From positions 576,001 to 640,000 of the forward strand of contig OY781092.1 in the NCBI GenBank assembly GCA_963676615.1: a stretch of DNA of 64,000 bases, in the 5' to 3' direction. Positions 19,652-31,316 of the stretch are shown here, one piece after another. A model generated the notes under the pieces. It was given only the letters and a program-made list of their open reading frames with translations. It made no database searches and was not told where the DNA came from. This stretch comes from Candidatus Cloacimonadota bacterium (GTDB lineage: Bacteria > Cloacimonadota > Cloacimonadia > G963667145). Within the stretch, counting starts at the first letter, position 1, and each line of letters opens with the position of its first letter. The position numbers and the translations under genes were made by a program.

Positions 19652-21223
19652 TTGTTTGATTTTATGAATAGTTTTTTAGGGGAAAATAAGAGTAAAAGTT
19701 TTTTTGTTTTAATATTATTTCTTTTATTTATAGTAGTTTATGGCTTTATTTTTAATTCAAAACTTGATATGAATGGGGATAATTTTGGGTATTTGTCACT
19801 GTCTAAAAATATTTATGATGGACATGGATATACCAATTTAACAATAGATGGGATATACAAAGCTGCTGGATGGTTTCCTCCAGGTTATCCATATATATTA
19901 GCTATTTCTCGTTTTTTTGTTGGCGACAGTATTGTGGGACTTAAAGTAGTTAATGGAATCTTTTTTTTATTTTCAGTTCTATTGTTTTTTTTAATAGTTC
20001 AAAAACTTACAAAAAATCTTTTTTTTGCTTTCTCAGTAGCTGTTTTAATGCTTATGAATAGGGGATTGCTTTGGCATTCAACAACACTAATGTCAGAGAT
20101 TCCGTATTTGTTTTTTGTTGTTTTGTCTGTGTATTCCTTACTTAAATTTGATGAAAATTATCTTGAAAAAAAAATGAAGCAAAAATGGCTGTATTTTTTA
20201 ATAATATCTTCTGTTCTTTCTTTTTATATAAGGAGTGTAGGAATTGTTTTAATTTTAGCAATAATATTTCATTGGCTAGTTGCAAAAAAGTGGAAACTTT
20301 CTTTTGCCTATATTTTCAGCATCACCATTTTGTACTTACCTTATTTTATCAGAAATAAGATATTTGGAATTAAAGGTAGATATTTAAAAATTATTTTGGT
20401 TGACAATCCTTGGAGGCCTGAATCTGGAGTTGTTGGCTCGTTTGGAGAGTTTTGCAACAAAATAATTACAAATTTGAATGACACAGTAATTTGCGGGTTT
20501 CCTAAGGTTTTATTTCCAGCTATTAATGTCGCTGAATCAGCGACATTTTTGAAAGTAGTTGGAATCATCGTTTTAGTTCTTCTTTTTTTAGGAATTTGGT
20601 CGCTAAAAACACACAAGTACTTTTTTGGGAGTTTTTTTATTTTTAACATAGGAGTATTTCTTTTGTGGCATACAGGTAATGGTGTTAGATATGTATGGCC
20701 ATTAACAGGGTTTATTATTTTTTTTGTATTATATGGAATCTATTTTATTATTTTAAAGATTTTTGAGTTAAAAAATCGCTCTATAAATCTTAAATGTTTA
20801 GGATTATTATTTTTGCCGCTTGCTTTAACTTATATCCCTGAAATAAAAAAGTTAAATCAACAAGCAGAGCAACCAATGCACCCAGCATATAGTAATTACT
20901 TAAAATTAGCAGATTATATAAAAAAACAAGATAGAGAAAGTATTGTTTCGTGCCGTAAATCAGGAATTTTTTCGCATTATTCCCAGGGGCTTTCAGTTAT
21001 GTATAAATTTAGTCGTAATGATAGAGAAATAATAAAAGACTTTATAAATAAAAGCGTTAATTATGTGGTTGTTGAGCAACTTGGCTACAGTTCCACATAT
21101 CTTTATCTTTTGCCAGCAATACAAAAAAATAGTGAATTGTTTGAGGTTGTAATGTATTTAAAAAATCCAGATACTTATTTATTAAAGTTTGATCTAGAAA
21201 AAGCAAAACAAAAGTTTCAGTAG
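19652..21223 (+). CDS. Polytopic GT-C-fold glycosyltransferase (PMT/ArnT-like)
   Basis: GD...Y in the first loop, FPPGYPYILA, SEIPY, about 11 TM segments, RY.WP, soluble C-terminal domain; AT-rich. Confidence 0.78.
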   Translation: MFDFMNSFLGENKSKSFFVLILFLLFIVVYGFIFNSKLDMNGDNFGYLSLSKNIYDGHGYTNLTIDGIYKAAGWFPPGYPYILAISRFFVGDSIVGLKVVNGIFFLFSVLLFFLIVQKLTKNLFFAFSVAVLMLMNRGLLWHSTTLMSEIPYLFFVVLSVYSLLKFDENYLEKKMKQKWLYFLIISSVLSFYIRSVGIVLILAIIFHWLVAKKWKLSFAYIFSITILYLPYFIRNKIFGIKGRYLKIILVDNPWRPESGVVGSFGEFCNKIITNLNDTVICGFPKVLFPAINVAESATFLKVVGIIVLVLLFLGIWSLKTHKYFFGSFFIFNIGVFLLWHTGNGVRYVWPLTGFIIFFVLYGIYFIILKIFELKNRSINLKCLGLLFLPLALTYIPEIKKLNQQAEQPMHPAYSNYLKLADYIKKQDRESIVSCRKSGIFSHYSQGLSVMYKFSRNDREIIKDFINKSVNYVVVEQLGYSSTYLYLLPAIQKNSELFEVVMYLKNPDTYLLKFDLEKAKQKFQ

Positions 21224-21289
21224 CGCTAGTTTTAGAAAAGTTATAAAAAAACTAAAAAAAGTGTTGATAAGATATTTTGAGATAAATAA

Positions 21290-23111
<1,822 letters not shown>

Positions 23112-23115
<4 letters not shown>

Positions 23116-23501
23116 TAAAGAAGAAAGGGTGCGTTGATCAGGAGTTCGACCAACTGCTAGAGGAGCTGGCTTCTTACAAAAACGAAAAAGAGAAGCTTCG
23201 CAATATGCTAGGGCAGATTGGCGGCAAAACTGGCAATGTTTCGAAATTTGCAATGTTCGCCTTTGTTGGCAGCGTGATTGTTCTTTTTTTGATCGATTTG
23301 CACAAAAATATTTTTATTAACGAGAGCTGGACAGAGGTTTTGACGATAGAAATCGGTCTGTTTCTGGTTTCGATAAAGCTAATTTGGATGATGCATCTGC
23401 AGGCGAAAGTCAGTCATTTTCAGTTTTGGATTTTGAACGCAATCGAGTTCAAAGTGAACAGAATTTCCAAAAGAATTACCGAGTTGGAAAAGAAAATTTA
23501 G
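23112..23501 (+). CDS. Hypothetical membrane protein (coiled coil - 2 TM - coiled coil)
   Basis: ATGA overlap with atpC; two hydrophobic segments; HFQFWILNAIE. Confidence 0.7.
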
Positions 23502-23545
23502 TTTTTGACTGGCAAGATTATTTTTTTTGAAGGAGAAAATTTTAG

Positions 23546-25165
23546 ATGAAAAAAGGTAAGTTTAGATTTACGATAGTGGCGCTGGTCGCTTTGGCGATTG
23601 TCTACTATTTAATTCCGCAGGTTTTTCCAAATCTTGCGGGCACAGGGTTTGCTTCCAAAAAGCTCAATCTTGGCTTGGATTTGCAAGGCGGAATGCGGAT
23701 TGTTTTGGGTGTTGACAGCAAAGGCGTCGAGCTTTCCAAAGAGCAAGAAAGCCGCGTTATGGAGACGACTTTGGAGATTATCCGAAACCGAGTGGACGAG
23801 TTTGGCGTAACCGAGCCTGTTATCCAAAGAGTGGGCAGCAACAGAATTGCCGTGAGTTTGCCGGGCGTGAAAGATTTCGCTAGAGCCGAAGAGCTGATTG
23901 GCAAAACCGCTTTGCTGGAGTTTCAGCTGCTTGGCGACGGACAAGCTCTTGGCGAAACTATCGATAAACTCAACGAGTTTTTGCAAAAAAATAGTCAGAA
24001 ATTTCCAGAGTTGACCAAAAAATTTGCCGAAAGTGAAAACAATTTGGCTGAGTCGGTTTTGGACGATGGTAAAGAAAAAAAGGACGACGAAAGTCAAAAA
24101 AATAGCCAACTTTTCTCGGCGCTGGTGAACTATCAAGGGATGAACAATCTTGTGGTTGCCCAAGAAAATTTGGAAATTTTCAAGAAGATTTTGGCAAATA
24201 GCGCAGTTCAAAAGTTGCTTCCGTCGGAATACAGTTTTAATTTGGGCAAAACGCAGTATGACGCAAACAAAATTCCGCTTTATACGCCGGTGTTTTTCTT
24301 GCAAAAAAAGGTGGAACTTTCGGGAAAATATTTGCAGTCTGCCGATGTGCGAGTGGGGCAAAATGTGGGCGGCATCCAAACTAACGAGCCTTATGTTTCT
24401 TTGGAGTTCGACTCTGAGGGAGCCAAAAAGTTCGCCAACATCACTGGCGATAATATTCACAAGCGGCTGGCGATAGTTTTGGACGGCATCGTGTATATGG
24501 CGCCGACGATTAACGCGCGCATCGCCGATGGCAAAGCCAGCATCACGGGAAATATGAGTATGGAAGAGGTGCAAAATTTGGTGATAGTTTTGCGTGCGGG
24601 AAATTTACCTGCTCCTGTGAAAATCCTGGAGCGACGCACTGTTGGTCCAACTTTGGGAGCCGACAGCATCAAAGCTGGACTTTTGGCTGGACTTTTGGGC
24701 TTAGCAACGATTTTGCTGTTTATGATTTTCTATTATAAATTGTCGGGAATTTTGGCGATTGTGGCAGTTGTTGCCAACATCTTGTTCATTTTGGCGGCGC
24801 TTACGATGTTCTCGGCGACTCTGACGATGCCCGGAATGGCAGGAATTGTGCTGACTATCGGTATGGCGGTTGACGGCTGTGTGTTGATTTTCGAACGGAT
24901 TCGCGAGGAGCTTGACCTCGAGCGCCCGATTTCTGCGGCGATTTCGGCTGGTTTCCAAAAAGCTTTTTGGATTATTATGGACGCAAATGTTACCACGCTT
25001 ATCACGGCGGCTGTGCTCTACAAATTCGGAAGCGGTCCAATTCGTGGATTTGCGGTAACTTTGTCCATCGGAATTGTCGGTTCGCTGTTTTCCACGCTGA
25101 TTTTGGTAAAACTTTTCTTTGAGAAATTGATCCAAAATAAAGATGTGAAAAAGCTGAGTATTTAG
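23546..25165 (+). CDS. secD: Protein translocase subunit SecD
   Basis: LGLDLQGG, RVDEFGVTEP, LRAGNLPAP, VGPTLG, GMAVD, IFERIREE. Confidence 0.97.
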   Translation: MKKGKFRFTIVALVALAIVYYLIPQVFPNLAGTGFASKKLNLGLDLQGGMRIVLGVDSKGVELSKEQESRVMETTLEIIRNRVDEFGVTEPVIQRVGSNRIAVSLPGVKDFARAEELIGKTALLEFQLLGDGQALGETIDKLNEFLQKNSQKFPELTKKFAESENNLAESVLDDGKEKKDDESQKNSQLFSALVNYQGMNNLVVAQENLEIFKKILANSAVQKLLPSEYSFNLGKTQYDANKIPLYTPVFFLQKKVELSGKYLQSADVRVGQNVGGIQTNEPYVSLEFDSEGAKKFANITGDNIHKRLAIVLDGIVYMAPTINARIADGKASITGNMSMEEVQNLVIVLRAGNLPAPVKILERRTVGPTLGADSIKAGLLAGLLGLATILLFMIFYYKLSGILAIVAVVANILFILAALTMFSATLTMPGMAGIVLTIGMAVDGCVLIFERIREELDLERPISAAISAGFQKAFWIIMDANVTTLITAAVLYKFGSGPIRGFAVTLSIGIVGSLFSTLILVKLFFEKLIQNKDVKKLSI

Positions 25166-25194
25166 TTGTAAAGTTTGTTAAGGAAGTAAAAATT

Positions 25195-26127
25195 ATGAGA
25201 TTATTTAAAAACTCGAAGATAGATTTTGTCGGAAAAAGAAGGGCGATGTTTTTGCTCTCGGGGTTGTTGATTGTCGCCAGCGTTGTCTCTTTGATAGCAA
25301 AAGGCGGACTCAGCTATGGGATAGATTTCACAGGCGGTGTCGCCTTGGAGTTAAATCTTGGTGCAGAAAATCAGACTCCTTTGTCGCTCAAAGATTTGCG
25401 CGACGCTTTCGCTGGCAGCGATTACGAAAATGCGCATTTGCAGCAGTTGACGATGCAAAAAGACCAAGACATTTTTTTGCTCTCAACTCAAATCCCAGAA
25501 GGCGTGAAAGCTGTTGACATAGAAAGCGATATTGTTAAAATTTTGCGAGAAAAATTGCCGCAATACACAAAAAATCAAGATTTGATTAGAAGTTCGCAAA
25601 CTGTCGGTCCACAAATTGGAGAGGAGCTGAAAGAGAAGGCGCTCAAGGCGATACTTTACGCTCTTTGCGGTATTATTATCTACATTTGGTGGCGATTTAA
25701 AAAATTTACTTACGGATTTGCGGCTGTGGTCGCTTTGGCGCACGATGTGATTATCACGGTCGGCGTTTTTTCGGTGCTAAATCTTGAGTTCAGTCTGTCG
25801 ATTGTGGCTGCGCTTTTGACTTTGGTCGGTTATTCGCTGAACGATACGATTGTGGTTTTCGCTCGGATTAGGGAAGACTCCATCAAAAATTCTCGGATGA
25901 GTTTCCCAGAAATCGTGAATTTTAGTATCAACGAAACTTTGAGCCGAACCGTTATAACCTCTTTCACAACTTTTGTGGTGGTGCTATTTTTGTATCTTTT
26001 TGGCGGCACTGTTATCCACGATTTTTCTTTTGCACTTTTGATTGGCATCGTCGTCGGAACCTACTCTTCAATTTTTGTAGCAAGTCCTATTTTGGTCGAA
26101 GGGTATTTGCGCAAACACAAAAAATGA
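25195..26127 (+). CDS. secF: Protein translocase subunit SecF
   Basis: GIDFTGG, VGPQIG, HDV, GYSLNDTIVVF.RIRE, TLSRT, GTYSS. Confidence 0.97.
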   Translation: MRLFKNSKIDFVGKRRAMFLLSGLLIVASVVSLIAKGGLSYGIDFTGGVALELNLGAENQTPLSLKDLRDAFAGSDYENAHLQQLTMQKDQDIFLLSTQIPEGVKAVDIESDIVKILREKLPQYTKNQDLIRSSQTVGPQIGEELKEKALKAILYALCGIIIYIWWRFKKFTYGFAAVVALAHDVIITVGVFSVLNLEFSLSIVAALLTLVGYSLNDTIVVFARIREDSIKNSRMSFPEIVNFSINETLSRTVITSFTTFVVVLFLYLFGGTVIHDFSFALLIGIVVGTYSSIFVASPILVEGYLRKHKK

Positions 26128-26140
26128 GCTGTTTTTTGCT

Positions 26141-27607
26141 GTGAAAGTGGCTGTTTTTAGCGGGCGAAAAAAATATCTTTGTTTACTTCTGCTCTTGCCG
26201 TGTTTGATTTGGGGAGCGTCAGACGAGCTAGATTTGCCGTCGGTAACTATCGAGGGCAAAGACGAATTACAAAAAAAAGACGAATTTTATTTTGACGACG
26301 ATTTGTCTAAACAGTGGCAAATCGACGAAGATTTCGGCTTCGATGTTGGGCTGCAAGATTTGGAGTTTGAGAGCAAAGACAGCACCAATAAAACTCCTCG
26401 GGTTGGTTTTGTCGATTTTTGGCTCGGCTATGGGCACAAGGCGCAACTGAAGGCGGTCTATCACAACCTGCAAAACGAACTTTTGGACTTTGAAGTTGAG
26501 AGCAAAAACTACTTTTACGACAGCAAATGGAACAGCTTGAGCCAATCTTTTTTGTGGCGTCCCAGCTTTGGCAAATCGGCAATAGATTTTAGCGCTTCGG
26601 TTTTGTCTGCCAAAGCAAACGACCTCACGACTCAGGCGCTTAAAGGCGGCTTTGCTTGGAATTTGGCAATTTCTGATAGTTTGTTGCAGTCGGTTAACAT
26701 CTCGTTTTTTGCCGAAAATATCGAGCAAAAACTTTCTGGCGTTTCCAAAGAGAAAACTTTTTCGAATTTTGGATTTTCGCCAAAGGGGCAAATTAAAGAT
26801 ATTTTGCTCTCAGCAGATATTTTTCACTACGCAGACGGATTGAATGCGGAGGTGCGAGCTTGCAAAAATCTTAACAAATGGAGCTTTTACACGCTAGATT
26901 TTTGGGCAGGTATGTCGCGAGAAAAATTTGTGCCGTCCGTCGGTTTTTTGGGGCTTTATTTTTTACCGAATAAAGTTTATTTTCAGTTTGAGAACTCGCC
27001 AACTATTTCCAAAAAAACTCATTTTGATTTTTTGGGTGAGAATTACGACCAAATTGCCGATTACGATTTGTCGCAAGAGATTGCCCCGCTTGATTTTACG
27101 CTGAAAAGTGGCTACAAGCGGTATTTCAATGTTTTTAGCAATTTGAGTTACAAAATGAATCACATTTTTTATCAAGAGGTGGCAGGAGCGAAGATTTATC
27201 AGGCAGAAGAGAAAGATTTTTTGCTGAGCAAAAGCGGCGTGGAGGCAAGTTACGCTTATCGGGATTACAGCGTTCAGGTCTCGTGTTATCGAGAATTGGT
27301 GGTTAATCGAGCCAAAAATTATATTCCCTACGAGCCAGGCTTGGTGGCAAGAGCGAGCTTGTCGCACATTTTGTTTGAGGCGATGAAGACGCAGGTCGAT
27401 TTTGTTGCCAGCCAGTTGATAAAAGACGATAGCGGCGATAATTTAGACAACAAGTTTGAGCTAAATTTGGAACAAACTTGGGACTTTTCGGACGCGCTTA
27501 GTTTCAATTTCCGCTTGTTGAATATTTTGGACAAAAAACTTGAAAAGTTGCCAGCGTATCCCGAGCGAGGATTGCAAGCGTATGTTGGCGTTAAGTGGTA
27601 TTTTTGA
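26141..27607 (+). CDS. Putative outer-membrane beta-barrel (TonB-dependent-receptor-like)
   Basis: Signal peptide, amphipathic beta pattern, NILD near the end, C-terminal GLQAYVGVKWYF ending in Phe. Confidence 0.65.
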   Translation: MKVAVFSGRKKYLCLLLLLPCLIWGASDELDLPSVTIEGKDELQKKDEFYFDDDLSKQWQIDEDFGFDVGLQDLEFESKDSTNKTPRVGFVDFWLGYGHKAQLKAVYHNLQNELLDFEVESKNYFYDSKWNSLSQSFLWRPSFGKSAIDFSASVLSAKANDLTTQALKGGFAWNLAISDSLLQSVNISFFAENIEQKLSGVSKEKTFSNFGFSPKGQIKDILLSADIFHYADGLNAEVRACKNLNKWSFYTLDFWAGMSREKFVPSVGFLGLYFLPNKVYFQFENSPTISKKTHFDFLGENYDQIADYDLSQEIAPLDFTLKSGYKRYFNVFSNLSYKMNHIFYQEVAGAKIYQAEEKDFLLSKSGVEASYAYRDYSVQVSCYRELVVNRAKNYIPYEPGLVARASLSHILFEAMKTQVDFVASQLIKDDSGDNLDNKFELNLEQTWDFSDALSFNFRLLNILDKKLEKLPAYPERGLQAYVGVKWYF

Positions 27608-27627
27608 TTAAAAGGATTTAAGAGAGA

Positions 27628-29043
27628 GTGAAGACGACGATAGGACTGGAAATTCATACGCAATTATTGACCGACAGCAAAGCTTTTTGCGGCTGTTCCA
27701 CGGAGTTTGGGCGCGAGCCAAACTCTAACACTTGCCCTGTTTGTTTGGGGCTTCCGGGAGCTTTGCCGAGGGTGAACAAAAAGCTGGTGGACAACGCCAT
27801 AATTTTGGGGCTTAGCCTAGGTTGTCAGATACGGGAAACCATTCAGTTTGCTCGAAAAAACTATTTTTATCCAGATTTGGCGAAAGGTTATCAGATTTCT
27901 CAGAGCGACAAGCCGATTTGCTTTGACGGTTTTTTGGTTTTGGATGACGGCAGTCGGATCGGAATCGAGCGCATTCATATGGAAGAGGACACCGCCAAAA
28001 GTATGCACGACGCGGCTTATGTGCCAGCCGATCGCAGCTATATTGATTTCAACAGAGCGGGCGTTCCGCTTTTGGAGATCGTTTCGCGCCCAGATTTGCA
28101 TTCGGGGCAGCAAGCGTATGATTATTTGCAAAAATTGAAGCAAATTCTCACTTACCTGAAAATTTCTGACGGCAATATGGCGCAAGGTTCGCTTCGTTGC
28201 GATGTGAATATTTCTATTAGCGAAACCGAAACTTTGGGAACGAAGGTGGAGATTAAAAATTTGAACTCCTTCAAAAATGTGCAAAAAGCTATCGAAATCG
28301 AAACCGAAATTCAAAAGCAGGCTCTTGCAAAGGGCGAGAAGATTTTGCAAGCGACAAAGACTCTGAACCCTGCGACAATGGAGCTGACGACGATGCGGAT
28401 AAAAGAGGGGAGCAGCGATTACCGCTATTTTAACGAGCCGGATATCCCGCAAATTCGCATAACTCCTGCGCATATTGAGTCGCTCAAAAGCAGCTTGGTT
28501 GAGCTGCCTGACGCCAAACGCAAAAGATTTGTGCAGCAGTATAAAATCACCAGCCAGGATGCGGTGGTTTTGGCGGATACCGAGCATATCGCCGACTATT
28601 ATGAAACCGCTTGCACTTTTGGCGACCCTAAAACGGTCTCCAATTTGATTCAGGCGGAACTTTTGGCGTATTTGAACAAAGAGGAGCTGGGGGTTTGCGA
28701 CTGCCTAATTTCGGCGCAGATGATGGGAGAGTTGGCAGATTTGGTGGCAAGCGGTGAGCTTAGCTCAAAAATGGCGAAAAAAGTTTTTGCGGAACTGGTC
28801 AAAAATCCACGCAGCCCGAAAAAGATTGTCGCTGAGCTTGGACTCGTGCAAATTTCGGACGATAAAGCGATTTTGGCGCTAATTGCGGAAGTTTTGCAAA
28901 AAAATCAGACGCAATTGGCAGATTATCGTGCAGGAAAAACGAAGTTGTTCGGTTTTTTTGTCGGGCAGTTGATGAAACTCTCCAAAGGGCAGGTAAATCC
29001 GCAAATCGCTAACAAACTGCTAAAGCAAGAGTTAGACGCCTAA
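27628..29043 (+). CDS. gatB: Asp-tRNA(Asn)/Glu-tRNA(Gln) amidotransferase subunit B
   Basis: IGLEIH, RKNYFYPDL.KGYQISQ, NRAGVPLLEIV, LRCDVNIS, EIKNLNS, DYRYF. Confidence 0.97.
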   Translation: MKTTIGLEIHTQLLTDSKAFCGCSTEFGREPNSNTCPVCLGLPGALPRVNKKLVDNAIILGLSLGCQIRETIQFARKNYFYPDLAKGYQISQSDKPICFDGFLVLDDGSRIGIERIHMEEDTAKSMHDAAYVPADRSYIDFNRAGVPLLEIVSRPDLHSGQQAYDYLQKLKQILTYLKISDGNMAQGSLRCDVNISISETETLGTKVEIKNLNSFKNVQKAIEIETEIQKQALAKGEKILQATKTLNPATMELTTMRIKEGSSDYRYFNEPDIPQIRITPAHIESLKSSLVELPDAKRKRFVQQYKITSQDAVVLADTEHIADYYETACTFGDPKTVSNLIQAELLAYLNKEELGVCDCLISAQMMGELADLVASGELSSKMAKKVFAELVKNPRSPKKIVAELGLVQISDDKAILALIAEVLQKNQTQLADYRAGKTKLFGFFVGQLMKLSKGQVNPQIANKLLKQELDA

Positions 29044-29048
29044 AAAAA

Positions 29049-30278
29049 ATGTATTTGTATTTGATTTTGTCGCTGCTTTTGGCGAACTATATTTTGGATT
29101 TGATTTGTGATATTTCGACTTTCAAATGGCTCAATCACCCGATGCCGCAAGAGTTTTCCGATGTTTTTGACAGTGAGAAATACGAAAAAAGCCAAAAGTA
29201 TTCTCGTGTTGTGACAAGATTTGGGCTGTGGGAAAAAAGTTTCGATTTGCTCGTGATGGCGCTTTTTGTTGGCTGTGGTGGATTTTCGGCTCTAGATAGC
29301 TGGGTCAGAAGTTGGCAGCTTTCGATACCGTTTTCGGGAGCATTATTTTTGAGCGTGATTTTGCTGGTTTTTTTGCTTTTGAAGTTGCCGTTCAGCGCCT
29401 ATTCAACTTTTGTTATCGAAGCCAAATTCGGCTTCAACAAAACCACTTTTGGCACTTTCGTTTTGGATACGATAAAGGGGTTGCTACTGTCGCTTGTGCT
29501 TATCGGCGGTGTTTTTGCTTTGGCGATTTGGATTTTTGCTTCGCTCGGCGACTTGGCTTGGCTCTACGCTTGGATTGCGCTTGTTTTAATCAGTTTATTT
29601 CTCTCTTTTGTTGCGCCAGTTTTGATTTTGCCGCTATTCAATAAATTCTCGCCGCTTCCAGACGGAGAGCTAAAAGACGAAATTATCAGCTATATGGCTA
29701 AGCAAAAATTTAAGATTTCGGGGCTCTTCAAAATCGACGGCTCCAAAAGATCGACAAAAGCGAACGCCTATTTTACTGGACTTGGCAAAACCAAGCGGAT
29801 TGCGCTGTATGACACTTTGATTGAGCAGATGAGCAGCAAGCAAATCGTGGCGGTGCTGGCTCACGAAGTGGGGCATTGTGTGAAAGGTCATGTCAAAAAA
29901 ACGCTCGCTTTCAGCTTTGCCACAACAGGCGTGACGCTCTTTCTCTTTTCGTTTTTCGCCTACGATGCCAAACTTTATGCAGATTTTGGAGTCAGCAGTT
30001 CCAGCATCTATGTCGGGATGATTTTGTTCGGTCTGATTTTTATGCCGTTGTCGGTTGCTTTGGATATTTGTTCGGCATATTTTTCGCGGAAGCACGAATA
30101 CGAAGCCGATGCGTATAGCGCCAAAACGACGGGTTCTGCTCAGGAGCTTATCTCGGCTTTGAAAAATCTCTCGTCCAGTAATCTCAGCAATTTGACGCCT
30201 TCGCCGCTGAAAGTTTTTGTCAGCTACTCGCATCCGCCAGTTTTGCAACGAATCAGGGCGCTTAAAAAACTTCGATAG
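29049..30278 (+). CDS. M48 metallopeptidase (Ste24/CAAX protease-like)
   Basis: FGFNKTT, DGSKRSTKANAYFTG, AHEVGH, EYEAD, SHPP. Confidence 0.93.
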   Translation: MYLYLILSLLLANYILDLICDISTFKWLNHPMPQEFSDVFDSEKYEKSQKYSRVVTRFGLWEKSFDLLVMALFVGCGGFSALDSWVRSWQLSIPFSGALFLSVILLVFLLLKLPFSAYSTFVIEAKFGFNKTTFGTFVLDTIKGLLLSLVLIGGVFALAIWIFASLGDLAWLYAWIALVLISLFLSFVAPVLILPLFNKFSPLPDGELKDEIISYMAKQKFKISGLFKIDGSKRSTKANAYFTGLGKTKRIALYDTLIEQMSSKQIVAVLAHEVGHCVKGHVKKTLAFSFATTGVTLFLFSFFAYDAKLYADFGVSSSSIYVGMILFGLIFMPLSVALDICSAYFSRKHEYEADAYSAKTTGSAQELISALKNLSSSNLSNLTPSPLKVFVSYSHPPVLQRIRALKKLR

Positions 30279-31316
30279 CCTCGCGTCGGAAAACGATTTT
30301 CACCTCATCGCCGATGCTGATGTGGCTGATGTCGTTCAGATCGTCTTGCGGAAGTTCAACCGCCAAATCAAACCCGCAATCGAGCAAAAAGATTTTTTTC
30401 GTGCTAGATTTTCGCACAAATTTTTTCACTTTCGCCCGAAAAACATTTACCGAGCCGATGTCGCTCAAATTGCTTTTGCTGAGCAAAATCTGATCTGCGG
30501 GCAAGCTAAGATAGATTTGCGTTCCAACTTCGGCAGGAAAAAATGGGATGTGAATTTGCTTTTGGGCAACTTGGATAACGCTAAAATCTTTTTTGGATCT
30601 TGCGCCAGCAGCGCTCCTTTGAGGAAATTCACAAAAGTTTTGCCGAGCTTAAAAATGTCGTCGGACGAGGTGATTTTCTCTTTTTTGTCGCACTTTACAA
30701 TTTTCCCAGCTTTGATAATAGCTATATTTTCCGCCAAAAATTCGGCTTCGCTGATGCTGTGGGTGACATACAAAATCGGGATTTTGATAGCGTTGTGGAT
30801 TTTTTTTAGGTAAACCAAAATTTTATCTTTTTGGCGTGGATCGATCGCCGAAATCGGCTCGTCCATCAAAAGCAGTTTGGGCTTGGTCAGCAAGGCTCTA
30901 GCGATAGAGACTCTTTGTTTTTCGCCACCAGAGAGGTTGTGTGTGCCACGGGTCAGTAGCGGCTGCAAATCCAAAATCTCCAAAAGCGATTTGAGTAAAT
31001 CTTCGTCGAGATTTTTGACTCCAAACAGCAAGTTTTTTTGCACATTTAGATGCGGAAATAGGTAGGAGTCTTGCATCACATAGCCGATATTTCGCTTTTC
31101 AGGCGGCAAAAAAATGTTTTGTTTTTGGCAATGCAGAAATTTTTCATCCAGTTTGATATAGCCAAAATCTGGCTGCAGAAATCCAGCAATTGCCGAGAGT
31201 GTCAGAGATTTGCCGTTGCCAGATTCGCCGAGCAAAACGGTAAATTCGTTGCCAAGTTTTAGATTTAGATCCAGCGCAAAATCGCCTAGCTTTTTTTTTA
31301 TCTGCACTTCAAGCAT
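30262..31316 (-). CDS. modC: Molybdate ABC transporter ATPase, split by a -1 frameshift at 30588-30594 (283 aa in frame 0; 351 aa if shifted)
   Basis: GESGNGKS, LSGGEKQRV, LLMDEP, YVTH in 30465-31316; TOBE-like region (GTQIYLSLPADQILL...SVNVFRAKV...IGDEV) lies in the -1 frame. Confidence 0.9.

Noticed and set aside
23609..24574. 321-aa minus-strand ORF
   Set aside because: Antisense shadow of secD
30262..30504. Independent 80-aa TOBE gene
   Set aside because: No RBS before the TTG, and the ModC-like frame extends 28 codons upstream to the slippery site, so it is better read as part of modC
30217..30813. 198-aa plus-strand ORF over the modC 3' end
   Set aside because: Antisense to modC, with no RBS or family signal
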